DNA of 64,000 nt from Bradymonadia bacterium (GTDB taxonomy: Bacteria; Myxococcota_A; Bradymonadia; UBA7976; UBA1532), in the NCBI GenBank assembly GCA_046290225.1, contig JBKAGE010000006.1, positions 1 to 64,000 on the forward strand, read 5' to 3'. The notes beneath the pieces were generated by a model. It ran no database searches, had not been told where the DNA came from, and worked only from the letters and a program-made list of their open reading frames with translations. The position numbers were made by a program, and so were the translations under genes. Shown here in pieces: positions 1 to 11,776 of this stretch. Each line of letters starts with the position of its first letter. Within the stretch, counting starts at the first letter, position 1.

Positions 1-140
1 CTACACCTCTTTGGCACCAGTACTCGCATTCGCCAATTAGGCTCAACGATACCAACCAAAATGTGTAGGACGATCAGAGCCGGAGGCTACGGCGAGTGGA
101 TTTTCGCGCCGCCCGTGCGTGAAATCGTGGGCCTCACGGC

Positions 141-200
141 GGCTGACGCCGCCGTAGCGGCGGAGCTAGAGGCTGACGCCGCCGTAACGGCGGAGCTAGA
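141..200. repeat. 30-bp tandem duplication (2 copies, 1 mismatch) with GC-rich hairpins at the 3' end of trxB
   Basis: GGCTGACGCCGCCGTA(G/A)CGGCGGAGCTAGA at 141-170 and 171-200; perfect hairpin ACGGCGGC-TGAC-GCCGCCGT at 136-155. Confidence 0.9.
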
Positions 201-1137
201 GAGACTCCAGCCAGCGCTCGGCGTCGATGGCGGCGGCGCAGCCCATGCCAGCGGCAGTGACCGCCTGGCGGTAGATCGGATCAGCCACGTCACCGGCAGC
301 GAAAACGCCAGGGATGTTCGTCGCCGTGGAGGGGTGAGCCACCTTGAGGTAGCCCACGTCATCAGCGTCGAGGATGCCCGTGAAGAGATCAGTGTTGGGC
401 TTGTGGCCAATGGCGCTGAAGTAACCGTCGATGGGCAACAGGCGCTGCTCCTCGGTCTTCACGTTCATGATCTTCACGCCGGTGACCTTCTCACCGTCGC
501 CCACCACCTCTTGCGCCACCGTGTTCCAGAGGAACTCGATCTTCTCGTTTGCCAGGGCGCGCTCCTGCATGATCTTGCTCGCCCGGAGGGTGTCGCGGCG
601 GTGGATCAGGTACACCTTCGAAGCGAACTTGGTGAGGAAGTTCGCCTCCTCCATGGCGGTGTCACCGCCGCCGATCACGCAGATCTCCTTGCCGCGGAAG
701 AAGAAGCCATCACAGGTGGCGCAGGCGCTCACCCCGCGACCGAGATAGCCGCCGTCTTCAGCCTGGCCCTCACCGGGGATGCCGAGGTACTTCGCGCTGG
801 CCCCCGTGCAGATGATCACCGCATCGGCGGTGTGTAGCTCGGTCTCGTCCACCCAGAGCTTGAAGGGGCGCTCGCTGAAGTCGACCTTGGTCACGTGGCC
901 GTACTGCACCTCGAGGCCAAAGCGCACGGCCTGCTTCTCGAAGAGCTGCATCATGTCGGGGCCCATGACCCCCTCGGGGAAGCCCGGGTAGTTCTCCACG
1001 TCGGTGGTGGTGGTCAGCTGACCACCAGGCTGGATGCCAGTGACCATGAAGGGCTTGAGGTTGGCCCGGGCGGTGTAGAGGGCGGCGGTGTAGCCCGCAG
1101 GGCCCGAACCGATGATGAAGACGTGATGGTGGCTCAT
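196..1137 (-). CDS. trxB: Thioredoxin-disulfide reductase
   Basis: GSGPAGYTAA FAD motif, CATCDG redox motif, GGGDTAMEEA NADPH motif, GVFAAGDV. Confidence 0.97.
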   Translation of the reverse strand: MSHHHVFIIGSGPAGYTAALYTARANLKPFMVTGIQPGGQLTTTTDVENYPGFPEGVMGPDMMQLFEKQAVRFGLEVQYGHVTKVDFSERPFKLWVDETELHTADAVIICTGASAKYLGIPGEGQAEDGGYLGRGVSACATCDGFFFRGKEICVIGGGDTAMEEANFLTKFASKVYLIHRRDTLRASKIMQERALANEKIEFLWNTVAQEVVGDGEKVTGVKIMNVKTEEQRLLPIDGYFSAIGHKPNTDLFTGILDADDVGYLKVAHPSTATNIPGVFAAGDVADPIYRQAVTAAGMGCAAAIDAERWLESL

Positions 1138-1465
1138 GGGGTGCCTCGAAAAATGTGGAGGGGCTGAAAAACAAGCCTGAGGGATCTAGGGACGCCGTGG
1201 ACCCTGTCAAGGATCCAGGGAGACGATCTCAGTGGGTCTACTCACTCCGCTGCGCCGGTGCAACAGCAATCCCCTTGTGCCAGAAGGGCGAGATGCGCAT
1301 TATCTCGCCGCCTCTGGCCCGGCCCCGGGGATGTTCGAAGGGGTTTTTCAAACCCTGATGCAACCCTTACCCTGACGTGCGCGTCAACTTGTCGCTTCCG
1401 GGTCGGTGAAACGCCGGAAGGGACTGACGTCTCTTTGTGAGGCCCGGATCGAGAGGAGCTGGCAC

Positions 1466-2902
<1,437 letters not shown>

Positions 2903-2917
2903 GCAAGGAAGAAACCG

Positions 2918-3691
<774 letters not shown>

Positions 3692-3700
3692 GAGGTCGTC

Positions 3701-5008
3701 ATGGCTGTCGCACGTGATGTGACTGTGAGGGCCGAGGCCCAAGCACACCTGCTGGGCCTGTTTCAGGCCGCCGACGAGCCGCAGTGGCTGCAGGACCGTC
3801 GCCTCGAAGGGGTAAAGGCCCTCGAAGCCACCGGGTTGCCCCAGCGCCGCTCAGAAGACTGGAAGTACACCAACATCGGGCCGTGGCTGGAGACGCGCTA
3901 CGCCCTCGGCGACGGCGCCGGGGTCGACGCCCTGCCTGCAGATCTCGCCCAGGGTGCTCGGCTGGTCTTCGTCGATGGCCGCTTCCGCGCGGATCTCAGC
4001 GATGAGATCTCCGGGGTGACCGCAGGGGCGCTGAGCGCTCATCTCGATCGGCCCGCGGTGCAGGATCACCTCGGCCGCCACGCAGCACCTCAAGGCTTCG
4101 TGGCGCTCAACCAGGGCACCTTCACCGACGGCGCCCTGATCGAGGTGGCCCCGAACACTCAGGCAAGCGCGCCGATCAACCTGGTGCACCTGAGCACCGG
4201 TGAAGGCCGCGCCGCAGGCCTGCGCCACCTCGTGGTCCTCGGCCAGGGCGCCGAGGCGGAGGTGGTGATCCACGAGCGCACCACGGGCAGCGGCCCGAGC
4301 CTCACCCACGTGGTGGTGGAGATCGCCCTGGGCGACAACGCCGGGCTCGAGCTCGTCGATCTGCAAGAAGGTGGCCCTGAGGCATTCTACACCGCCCACA
4401 TGGCCGCCACGCTGGGCCGCGACGCCCGCTTGAGCCGCCGCGCTCTGGCCCTCGGCGGCCGAAGCAGCCGCGCCGAGGTGGTGGTGAACTTCGGCGCCGA
4501 GGGGGGCGAGGCCGATCTCAACGGTCTCTACCTCGCCCGAGGGCGTAGCCATCAAGATCATCACCTGACCCTGAACCACGCCCACTCCCGGTGCACCAGC
4601 GGGCAGCTCTACAAGGGCATCCTCGACGAGCACGGCCGTGGGGTGTTCACCGGCAAGGTGGTGGTGGCGGAGCACACGCACCAGAGCAAAGCGGAGCAGG
4701 GCAACCACAACTTGCTGCTCTCGAACGACGCCCACGCCAACACGCGCCCCCAGCTGGAGATCTACGCCGACGATGTGCAGTGCAGCCACGGCGCCACGGT
4801 GGGCCAGCTGGACGAAGAGGCGATGTTCTACCTGAGGGCCCGCGGCATCGGCGTGGCACGGGCCCGCGATCTGCTGACTTACGCATTCGCCAGCGAGGTG
4901 ATCGGCAACGACGCCACCGGCGCCTGGCTCGAGAGCCGCCTGCTGGGCTGGCTGCCGGGCCACACCGTCGCCGCTGTCGATTTGCATGCGGCCCTCGAGG
5001 AGCTCTGA
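3701..5008 (+). CDS. sufD: Fe-S cluster assembly protein SufD
   Basis: EDWKYT, PQLEIYADDVQCSHGATVG, FYLRARGI; position in suf operon. Confidence 0.95.
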   Translation: MAVARDVTVRAEAQAHLLGLFQAADEPQWLQDRRLEGVKALEATGLPQRRSEDWKYTNIGPWLETRYALGDGAGVDALPADLAQGARLVFVDGRFRADLSDEISGVTAGALSAHLDRPAVQDHLGRHAAPQGFVALNQGTFTDGALIEVAPNTQASAPINLVHLSTGEGRAAGLRHLVVLGQGAEAEVVIHERTTGSGPSLTHVVVEIALGDNAGLELVDLQEGGPEAFYTAHMAATLGRDARLSRRALALGGRSSRAEVVVNFGAEGGEADLNGLYLARGRSHQDHHLTLNHAHSRCTSGQLYKGILDEHGRGVFTGKVVVAEHTHQSKAEQGNHNLLLSNDAHANTRPQLEIYADDVQCSHGATVGQLDEEAMFYLRARGIGVARARDLLTYAFASEVIGNDATGAWLESRLLGWLPGHTVAAVDLHAALEEL

Positions 5009-5010
5009 AG

Positions 5011-6240
5011 ATGAACGCCCCCACCCTGAACGTCGAGGCGATCCGGGCCCAGTTCCCGGTGCTGAACCAAGAGGTGAACGGCCATCCTCTGGCCTACCTG
5101 GACAACGCCGCCAGCGCCCAACGGCCCCAAGCGGTCATCGACGCTCTGGTGGGGTACTACACCCAGGATCACGCCAACATCCACCGCGGGGTACACACCC
5201 TCAGCCAGAGAGCCACCGAGGCTTATGAGCGTGCCCGCATCGTGGTGCAGAAGTTCCTCAACGCCGAGCGATCTTCGGAGGTGATCTTCACCCGGGGCAC
5301 CACCGAAGCGGTGAACCTCGTCTGCGACGCCTTTACGGCGCTCCGCGTCGAGGCGGGAGACGAGATCGTCATCACGGCCATGGAGCACCACGCCAACCTG
5401 GTGCCCTGGCAACAGCTCTGCGCTCGAAAGGGTGCAAAGCTGGTGGTGGCGCCGATCTTCGACTCCGGTGAGCTCGACATCGAGACCTTCGAGCGTCTGC
5501 TGACGCCGAAGGTGAAGATGGCGGCCTTCGTACACGCCAGCAACGCCCTGGGCACCTTGAACCCCGTGGAGCACATGGTGTCCCTCTGTCGCGAGCGTGG
5601 GATCCCCACCCTGCTCGACGGCGCCCAGTGGATCCCCCACGGGCCCGTCGATGTGCAGGCTCTGGGCTGTGACTTCTATGTGTTCTCGGGCCACAAGGTG
5701 TATGGCCCCACGGGCATCGGGGTGCTCTGGGGCAAGCAGGCCCATCTCGAGGTGATGCAGCCCTATCAGCTGGGCGGCGACATGATCGAGACGGTGTCCT
5801 TCGAGAGCACCACCTTCAACGCACCACCGGCGAAGTTCGAGGCGGGTACACCCCACATCGCAGGGGCCGTGGGTCTCGCTGCAGCGCTGCAGTGGTTCGA
5901 GGGGGTGGGCTTTGAAGCTGTGGCTGCCTACGAGTCGATGTTGCTGGCCTATGCCACGGAGCGCATCGGCGCCGTAGAGGGTGTACGGCTCGTGGGCACT
6001 GCACCCAAGAAGGTCTCTGTGGTGTCTTTTGTGATGGACGGCGTGCACCCGAGTGATTTAGGGACCCTCGTCGACCAGCAAGGGGTGGCGGTCCGCACCG
6101 GCCACCACTGCACCGAGCCCCTGATGCACCGCCTCGGCGTGTCAGGGACCGCCAGAGCATCATTCGCCTGCTACAATACCCGGGCGGAGGTGGATCAACT
6201 GGTGGTGGCCCTCGAGAAGGCCCGCCGGTTGTTCCTGTGA
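5011..6240 (+). CDS. sufS: SufS-type cysteine desulfurase
   Basis: YLDNAAS, ANIHRGVH, MEHHAN, SGHK PLP lysine, RTGHHC catalytic Cys; ATG at 5011 after sufD stop. Confidence 0.95.
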   Translation: MNAPTLNVEAIRAQFPVLNQEVNGHPLAYLDNAASAQRPQAVIDALVGYYTQDHANIHRGVHTLSQRATEAYERARIVVQKFLNAERSSEVIFTRGTTEAVNLVCDAFTALRVEAGDEIVITAMEHHANLVPWQQLCARKGAKLVVAPIFDSGELDIETFERLLTPKVKMAAFVHASNALGTLNPVEHMVSLCRERGIPTLLDGAQWIPHGPVDVQALGCDFYVFSGHKVYGPTGIGVLWGKQAHLEVMQPYQLGGDMIETVSFESTTFNAPPAKFEAGTPHIAGAVGLAAALQWFEGVGFEAVAAYESMLLAYATERIGAVEGVRLVGTAPKKVSVVSFVMDGVHPSDLGTLVDQQGVAVRTGHHCTEPLMHRLGVSGTARASFACYNTRAEVDQLVVALEKARRLFL

Positions 6241-6256
6241 GCGTGAGGAGCCAGCC

Positions 6257-6760
6257 ATGAGCAATCTACTCAAAGACATGATCGACCAGGCAACCCAGGC
6301 GGCTGACGAGATGGCCGAGGGCGCGTCGAAGGTCCGTCAAGCGGCTGAAGACGCCGAGACCGCACCGGTGACGCCAGAGCCCCAGGTCGATGATGTGCAC
6401 GGCTGGCCCCCAGAGGCAGCCGCCGAGGTGGTGGCACAGGCGCAAGCACAGTCTGAAGAGGGGCTGCGAGAGCGCATCGTCGACGCCCTCAAGACGATCT
6501 ACGATCCCGAGATCCCGGTGAACATCTACGACTTGGGCCTGATCTACGAGGTGAACCTCGACGAGGACCGCAACGTCGAGGTGATCATGACCCTCACCTC
6601 ACCCCACTGCCCGGTGGCGGAGAGCATGCCCGCCGAGGTCGAAGCCCGCACCCGCCTGGTGCCTGGCACCTCCGACGTGAAGGTGGAGCTCACCTGGGAG
6701 CCTCCCTGGAACCCCGACTCCATGACCGACGAAGCGAAGCTCGAACTGGGGATGTTCTAG
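6257..6760 (+). CDS. sufT: SUF system DUF59/SufT-like Fe-S assembly protein with acidic N-terminal extension
   Basis: DPEIPVNIYDLGLIY, MTLTSPHCP, WEPPW motifs. Confidence 0.88.
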   Translation: MSNLLKDMIDQATQAADEMAEGASKVRQAAEDAETAPVTPEPQVDDVHGWPPEAAAEVVAQAQAQSEEGLRERIVDALKTIYDPEIPVNIYDLGLIYEVNLDEDRNVEVIMTLTSPHCPVAESMPAEVEARTRLVPGTSDVKVELTWEPPWNPDSMTDEAKLELGMF

Positions 6761-7145
6761 GCTCCGGGACTCCAGCCCCGTGAGCGGCCGCCCGAGCTGC
6801 GATCCGCGGCGTCTGGGCGGCGCCCCAATCCTCGAAGTAGCCTCCGGCTACTCCTGCGGTATGGGTCACCACCCAGCCACCACGCCTCACAGCTCAGTCG
6901 ACCACTCCCGTGGCCTCCGCCCCTCCGCACAGCACGTGCATAGATGGGTGATGGCTTTGGGGAGTGGATTGCGGGGCGCTTGCGCGTTTTGATGACTATG
7001 CGGTCACATTTTATTTAAAGTGTTTTTGGTGGAGTGCGTTGAAGCTCTCAGGTCGACAACAACCGAGTCGACCGAACGTTGCAGATCAGTGTAGAGCTTT
7101 CGAATCTGTCAATGCAGCCATCGAAACGCAGTTGGGGTCGTACAC

Positions 7146-8348
7146 ATGAAGACAAGAGTCCTCAAAATCATCCTGCCGATCTCGATGCTGCCGTGGGCAG
7201 CTCAGGCTGAGGATCCTGTTGTGCTGCTCAGCGGCGGCTACACATTTACCAGCGTTTGGGGCAGCTCTCCGGGGCACGGGCACGGCTTCGAGCTCAGCCT
7301 GCCCATCTTCCCCGACGACAAGGGCGTTGTCGGTTTCGCGCCACTTCTGCAAGGGCGCTGGCTCGACAATGATCAGGACATGAGCCTCACGGTGGGGGGT
7401 GAGCTGATCGGACCTCTGATCGGGCTCGAGATCGCCCACTCCACGCGCTACCGCGACGGGGTCAAACGCGAGGGGGTGCATCTTGGCCCCTTCATCTCGG
7501 CCTTTGGTGTGTTCAACCTTGCCGGTCGCTTCGTAATGCCCATCGACGAAGGTGCTGGAGAGTATGGTCTGACGCTCAGCATCAAGATCCCTCTGCCTGT
7601 GGCCGGCGAGTTCAACTTCGGCATCGGCGCACCACACGGTCGCCCACTCCGCATCGCAGGTCAGCCGGTTCGCGTTCAGGTGATGTACGGACCCCAGATC
7701 GGCCCTGGTGCCCCGGGGATGTCCGCCGAGATGCGCTGGCGCATTGCTCAGGCATGGATCGAAGATGCACAGATGGAGCATGCTTCGGTGGCGGCCTTTG
7801 ATTTGATTGCTGATCAGCTTGAAGGGCACGGCGCCCCATCAGCCCTCGTGGCCGAGGCCCGCCGCGCAGCCCGTGACGAGGCAGATCACGCGCGACGCTG
7901 TTTGAGCATCGCAGGGGCGCTGTTGGGCCGTCCGGTGTACCTCGCCCCCATCGACGATGCGGTCCTCACCACAGCCCGGGCTTCGATGCCGACGTTGAGC
8001 CAGATGGCCACGGACAGCCTCGAGGAAGGCTGCTTGGGCGAAGCTGTAGCGGCCGCAGAGATCACCTCGGCGGCCTGGCACGCCATGGGCCCGGTGGCGG
8101 CCCACATGCACACCATCGCTGCAGACGAAGCCCGACACGCCCGCCTTTCAGAGGCCATCGTCACCTGGGCCGAGGGGGTGGGTGGTGTTTCGGTCGCCGC
8201 CGCAGTACAGGCCGCTCGTGCCGCGCTCCCTCGACATGTGATGCCCCGTGCAGAGCCTCATGGCGTCACGGCACGAGATTGGGGTCGCCCCACCGCCGAG
8301 GCCCAGGTGCATGCCTTCATGCGTAGGCGCCATCAGCTCACAGCCTGA
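7146..8348 (+). CDS. Exported protein with C-terminal ferritin-like (di-iron) domain
   Basis: Signal peptide; beta-rich N-half; GRPL linker; EHASVAAF, DEADH, EEGCLGE, DEARH carboxylate/His motifs. Confidence 0.75.
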   Translation: MKTRVLKIILPISMLPWAAQAEDPVVLLSGGYTFTSVWGSSPGHGHGFELSLPIFPDDKGVVGFAPLLQGRWLDNDQDMSLTVGGELIGPLIGLEIAHSTRYRDGVKREGVHLGPFISAFGVFNLAGRFVMPIDEGAGEYGLTLSIKIPLPVAGEFNFGIGAPHGRPLRIAGQPVRVQVMYGPQIGPGAPGMSAEMRWRIAQAWIEDAQMEHASVAAFDLIADQLEGHGAPSALVAEARRAARDEADHARRCLSIAGALLGRPVYLAPIDDAVLTTARASMPTLSQMATDSLEEGCLGEAVAAAEITSAAWHAMGPVAAHMHTIAADEARHARLSEAIVTWAEGVGGVSVAAAVQAARAALPRHVMPRAEPHGVTARDWGRPTAEAQVHAFMRRRHQLTA

Positions 8349-8451
8349 TCGCAGCCGTCTGTTCACCTTCATTTGAGGTGATCCCTCACAAAACGCTCGC
8401 TGTCGTGTATCCCAGAGAGGTGGCAACACCGAAATCATGGGAGGAGGCGCG

Positions 8452-9711
8452 ATGTCGGCATCTGACAACGAGTATCTGCAGCAAGTCATCGTGAACAAGG
8501 CCGAGGTGGAGCGAGGCCTGAAGTCTCGCCGCAAGGCCCAGTCGTTCATGCCCGAGCAATCGATGGCATCACCGGCAGGCGGCCTCGGCGCCGACTTCGA
8601 CGATGGCCCTGCCGTCGACGTGCGCGTCACAGGCGCTCTGTGGTGGAAGAACGTCGTAGTGCCACCGAACGCCTTTGTGGTGCACACACGTCGGGGCCAT
8701 AATCAGCCACTCCACGTCGGGCTCGGGGTCTCGTTCAAATACAACCCCCGCACCGACGCGTTCCTCGTCGTGCCTGCGGCCATGCAGACCATCATCCTCA
8801 ACGCCAACTGCATCTGTCAGGAGCGACAGGGGATCCTGGTGCAAGGATACGTGCAGTGGGTCATCGACGACTTCGAGCTGGCATACCGCCGGCTCGACTT
8901 CAGCGACGTCTATGATCCGATGAAGGTGGTGAACATCCAGCTGAGGGAGCAGGCAGAGGCGGCCATCAAGGACACCGTGGCCACCATGAGCATCGACGAC
9001 GTGCTCGCGGACAAACAACCCATCATCGAGGTGCTCACCGCCCGACTGCGGAAGGTGGCAGAGGGCACCAACAACGACGAAGGCCTCGGGCTGCGCATCG
9101 TCACCGTGCAAATCAAAGAGGCGGTCATCAGCTCATCGAGGCTGTGGACCGATCTCCAGCGCCCCTTCCGGGCTCAACGGCGCAAGACCGCCCGCCTCGC
9201 AGAGCTCGAAGCCGAGGGCGAGATCAGCGCTCGGGAGGACGAAGCGGCCCGCCTCACCGCCGAGCAGGAGATCGCCCGACAGTCCGCCATCGCTCAGAGC
9301 CGCTCGAAGGCAGAAGCAGACGCCTTCGATCGTCAAATCGCCGAGCGCACGCGTCGATCCGAGCAAGAGGCTCAGCTCGCAGCCGAGCAGGCGGAGCGAC
9401 AACGCATCATCATCGAGCAGGAGTCCGCCGTGGCCCGCCTCAAGGCCGAGGCGGAGCAGCTCCTGGCGCGCCTCAACGCTGAGACCGAGGCCCTCGTAGC
9501 CGAGAGGCGCCTCGCGGTGGAGGCCCAACAACAGAAGGTGCGCAACGACATCTCACCTGCACAACTGCGGGCCCGGCTCATCGAGCAGCTGCCCGAGCTG
9601 GTCAAAGACATGCCTCAACCAGAGAAGCTCACCGAGATCCGGACCGGAGGAGAGGGGCTCACAGGGCCCGTGGCGGGGCTGGTGGGGCTGCTAAAGTTCC
9701 TCGACGGTTGA
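8452..9711 (+). CDS. SPFH/flotillin-family protein
   Basis: SPFH-like core (VQWVIDD, AIKDTVATMSIDDVL, GLRIVTVQIKE) then Ala/Glu coiled coil; GGAGGAGG RBS. Confidence 0.85.
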   Translation: MSASDNEYLQQVIVNKAEVERGLKSRRKAQSFMPEQSMASPAGGLGADFDDGPAVDVRVTGALWWKNVVVPPNAFVVHTRRGHNQPLHVGLGVSFKYNPRTDAFLVVPAAMQTIILNANCICQERQGILVQGYVQWVIDDFELAYRRLDFSDVYDPMKVVNIQLREQAEAAIKDTVATMSIDDVLADKQPIIEVLTARLRKVAEGTNNDEGLGLRIVTVQIKEAVISSSRLWTDLQRPFRAQRRKTARLAELEAEGEISAREDEAARLTAEQEIARQSAIAQSRSKAEADAFDRQIAERTRRSEQEAQLAAEQAERQRIIIEQESAVARLKAEAEQLLARLNAETEALVAERRLAVEAQQQKVRNDISPAQLRARLIEQLPELVKDMPQPEKLTEIRTGGEGLTGPVAGLVGLLKFLDG

Positions 9712-10251
9712 TCACTCTGCTGCGGCGGGGGGCAACAACACTGTGTCGATCACGTGGATCACGCCGTTCCCGGTGGTGATGTCGGTCATGGTGACCGCAG
9801 CGCCGCCTACAGTGACGTTGCCGTCGGCGTCGACCTCCACCGCCAGCTCGCTCCCCTGAAGGGTGGTGATCGACGACATGCCCACGACGTCAGCCGCGGT
9901 CAGCCGCTCGTCCACCACGTGGAAGGTGAGCACGTTGGCCAACGCAGCTTCGTCATCGAGCAGGCCCTCGAGGGCTCCGTCAGGTAGATCACCGAAAGCA
10001 TCGTTCGTCGGCGCGAACACCGTGAAGGGGCCTGCCCCGCTCAGCGTACCGTCGAGCTTTGCCGTGGTGACCGCAGTCACAAGAGTGCTGAACTGGTCAT
10101 CGCTGGCCGCAGCAGCCACCACGGTGGCGGGGCCTTGCTCTTCTTCCATGGCCGGCGTCGACTCTTCGTCGTCACCCCCACAGCCGACAGCGGTCATCGA
10201 AATCAGGGCGCACAGGGCCACGCGAATCCAACGATTCTTGAGCAAAGTCAT
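9712..10251 (-). CDS. Fasciclin (FAS1) domain lipoprotein
   Basis: Lipobox AVGC; GPFTVFAPTNDAF (H1) and NGVIHVIDTVL (H2). Confidence 0.93.
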   Translation of the reverse strand: MTLLKNRWIRVALCALISMTAVGCGGDDEESTPAMEEEQGPATVVAAAASDDQFSTLVTAVTTAKLDGTLSGAGPFTVFAPTNDAFGDLPDGALEGLLDDEAALANVLTFHVVDERLTAADVVGMSSITTLQGSELAVEVDADGNVTVGGAAVTMTDITTGNGVIHVIDTVLLPPAAAE

Positions 10252-10309
10252 CGTCATACTCCAATGTGTTCCATCCCTCGGAGCGTCTCTCTCGAGGGTC
10301 GACCTCTTG

Positions 10310-10336
10310 GACACGACGCGATCACAAAACCGCAAA
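10310..10336 (-). promoter_or_regulatory. Putative ECF sigma promoter TTTGCGG-N15-GTGTC upstream of fasciclin gene
   Basis: Same two boxes and 15-nt spacer as the motif upstream of the ECF gene (11140-11166). Confidence 0.6.
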
Positions 10337-10387
10337 CCGACCTTCAAAAAAATGTGAGTAGCAACAAAATACCCGCGGATTCCGGGC

Positions 10388-10906
10388 TCAGGGGAGCAGG
10401 AGCGTCCTCACGGGGTTGAGGGTGCCGTTCTGCGCCGTGATCGTGATGTCGCTCATCCGGCGCACTTGCGGTGCTGGCAGCGTGGTCTCGGCGAGGGTCT
10501 CCATCGATTTGCTGCTGCCCTTCGGCACGGTGCCGAGCACCACATGACGCGCCACCACCTGATATGCCCACTGGGGCTCGTCTCTCAAGCGGACCAGCAC
10601 CTCGGTGGGCAGCGCCTTGAAGGCGTCGTTCGTCGGGGCGAGCACTGTGTAGGGCCCGTTGTTGTCGAGGATCTCGTCGATCTCGGTGCGCTTCACCAGG
10701 TCGTTCCAGATCGACAGCTCAGCGCGCTCGGCGAGGGTCTCGTTGAGATCAGCCACCCTGTCACCGGGCTGATCCCAGGGGCCACGCTCGGCGCTGAGTA
10801 CCGGCAGCGCCCCAGCACCCCAGCGGGCTTCTTTTTGCGGGGTGCAGCCCCACGCGAGCAATACAGAGGTGACGATGAACGATGTGTGGACAACTCGGGA
10901 CGACAT
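10388..10906 (-). CDS. Second, more divergent fasciclin-domain lipoprotein
   Basis: Lipobox AWGC; GPYTVLAPTNDAF; NGTLNPVRTLL. Confidence 0.82.
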   Translation of the reverse strand: MSSRVVHTSFIVTSVLLAWGCTPQKEARWGAGALPVLSAERGPWDQPGDRVADLNETLAERAELSIWNDLVKRTEIDEILDNNGPYTVLAPTNDAFKALPTEVLVRLRDEPQWAYQVVARHVVLGTVPKGSSKSMETLAETTLPAPQVRRMSDITITAQNGTLNPVRTLLLP

Positions 10907-11139
10907 GGTGCCCTCTCCCTGAGGCCGCTGACCGTGCGGCGCACCCTTGAAGCACGTCGTTCGACGCGCTGCAGATGAGCACGGGCCTCGGGGAGACTCA
11001 GTGAGCTGACCCAGCGCTCAAGGTTCGACCACTCAAAAAACATCACCTGTGGAGCGTCCACGGCCTTCGCTTTGTATCTGGAGATCAGAAGGCCGGTGTC
11101 GCGTCTTCTGTTCGAAATCACATCCATCACATCGGTGGT

Positions 11140-11166
11140 TTTGCGGATCTGCAGCCATCGGGTGTC
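11140..11166 (+). promoter_or_regulatory. Putative autoregulatory ECF promoter TTTGCGG-N15-GTGTC
   Basis: About 45 nt upstream of the ECF start; matches motif at 10310-10336 on the minus strand. Confidence 0.6.
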
Positions 11167-11209
11167 TACCTCACAGAGCGGCCAGCGCGCCGAGAAACGC
11201 AGCGAGTAC

Positions 11210-11776
11210 GTGGTGAACGCCCCCCGAAACCCGAGACCATCCACCGCAGGGCCGATCGATCTCGATCAGCTCTACCGGCAATACGCCGGAGCGGTCCGTC
11301 GACGCGTCCGGCGGTTCTTCGGCGCCGACGAGAGCGAAGAGGTGGTGCAGGAGGTGTTCTTGAAGGCGATCGAGCGCATCGACAGCTTCAGAGGTGACTC
11401 GTCACCAGTGACCTGGCTCTACCGCCTCGCCACCAACCACTGCCTCAACCGGCTGCGTGACCAGAAGCGACAGCGCGCGCTGCTCGACGCTCATGCGCCA
11501 GTGCTACGCCGTCGACAGGTGACCCGTGCCACCCCCGAAGCGGCGCTGTTCATCGAGTCGCTGTGGCGTCAGCTCGACCCTACGCTGGCTCAAGTGGGGC
11601 TCTACTACTTCGTCGACGGCATGACTCAGGTGGAGATCGCCCGGCTCATGGGCGTGGCCGAGCGCACAGTGGGATACCGCTTGCGCAAGCTGCAATCCAT
11701 GGCCCGCGCAGCGGCAGAGCCCGCGCCGCCACCCGCAGCTTCAGAGGCCGCCGAGACGAACGCGAGGAGGATGTGA
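11210..11776 (+). CDS. ECF RNA polymerase sigma-70 factor (start codon uncertain)
   Basis: Region 2 EEVVQEVF...[21 protein letters not shown]; region 4 [18 protein letters not shown]. Confidence 0.93.
   Translation: MVNAPRNPRPSTAGPIDLDQLYRQYAGAVRRRVRRFFGADESEEVVQEVFLKAIERIDSFRGDSSPVTWLYRLATNHCLNRLRDQKRQRALLDAHAPVLRRRQVTRATPEAALFIESLWRQLDPTLAQVGLYYFVDGMTQVEIARLMGVAERTVGYRLRKLQSMARAAAEPAPPPAASEAAETNARRM

Noticed and set aside
1..135. Possible 3' end of an upstream gene
   Set aside because: Too short to assign a frame or product from sequence alone
141..200. Possible CRISPR repeat (about 30 bp, palindromic)
   Set aside because: Two copies directly adjacent with no spacer, and no cas genes in the window
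4591..5010. N-terminal extension of SufS in the ORF track
   Set aside because: It overlaps sufD in another frame; the ATG at 5011 gives a normal-length SufS
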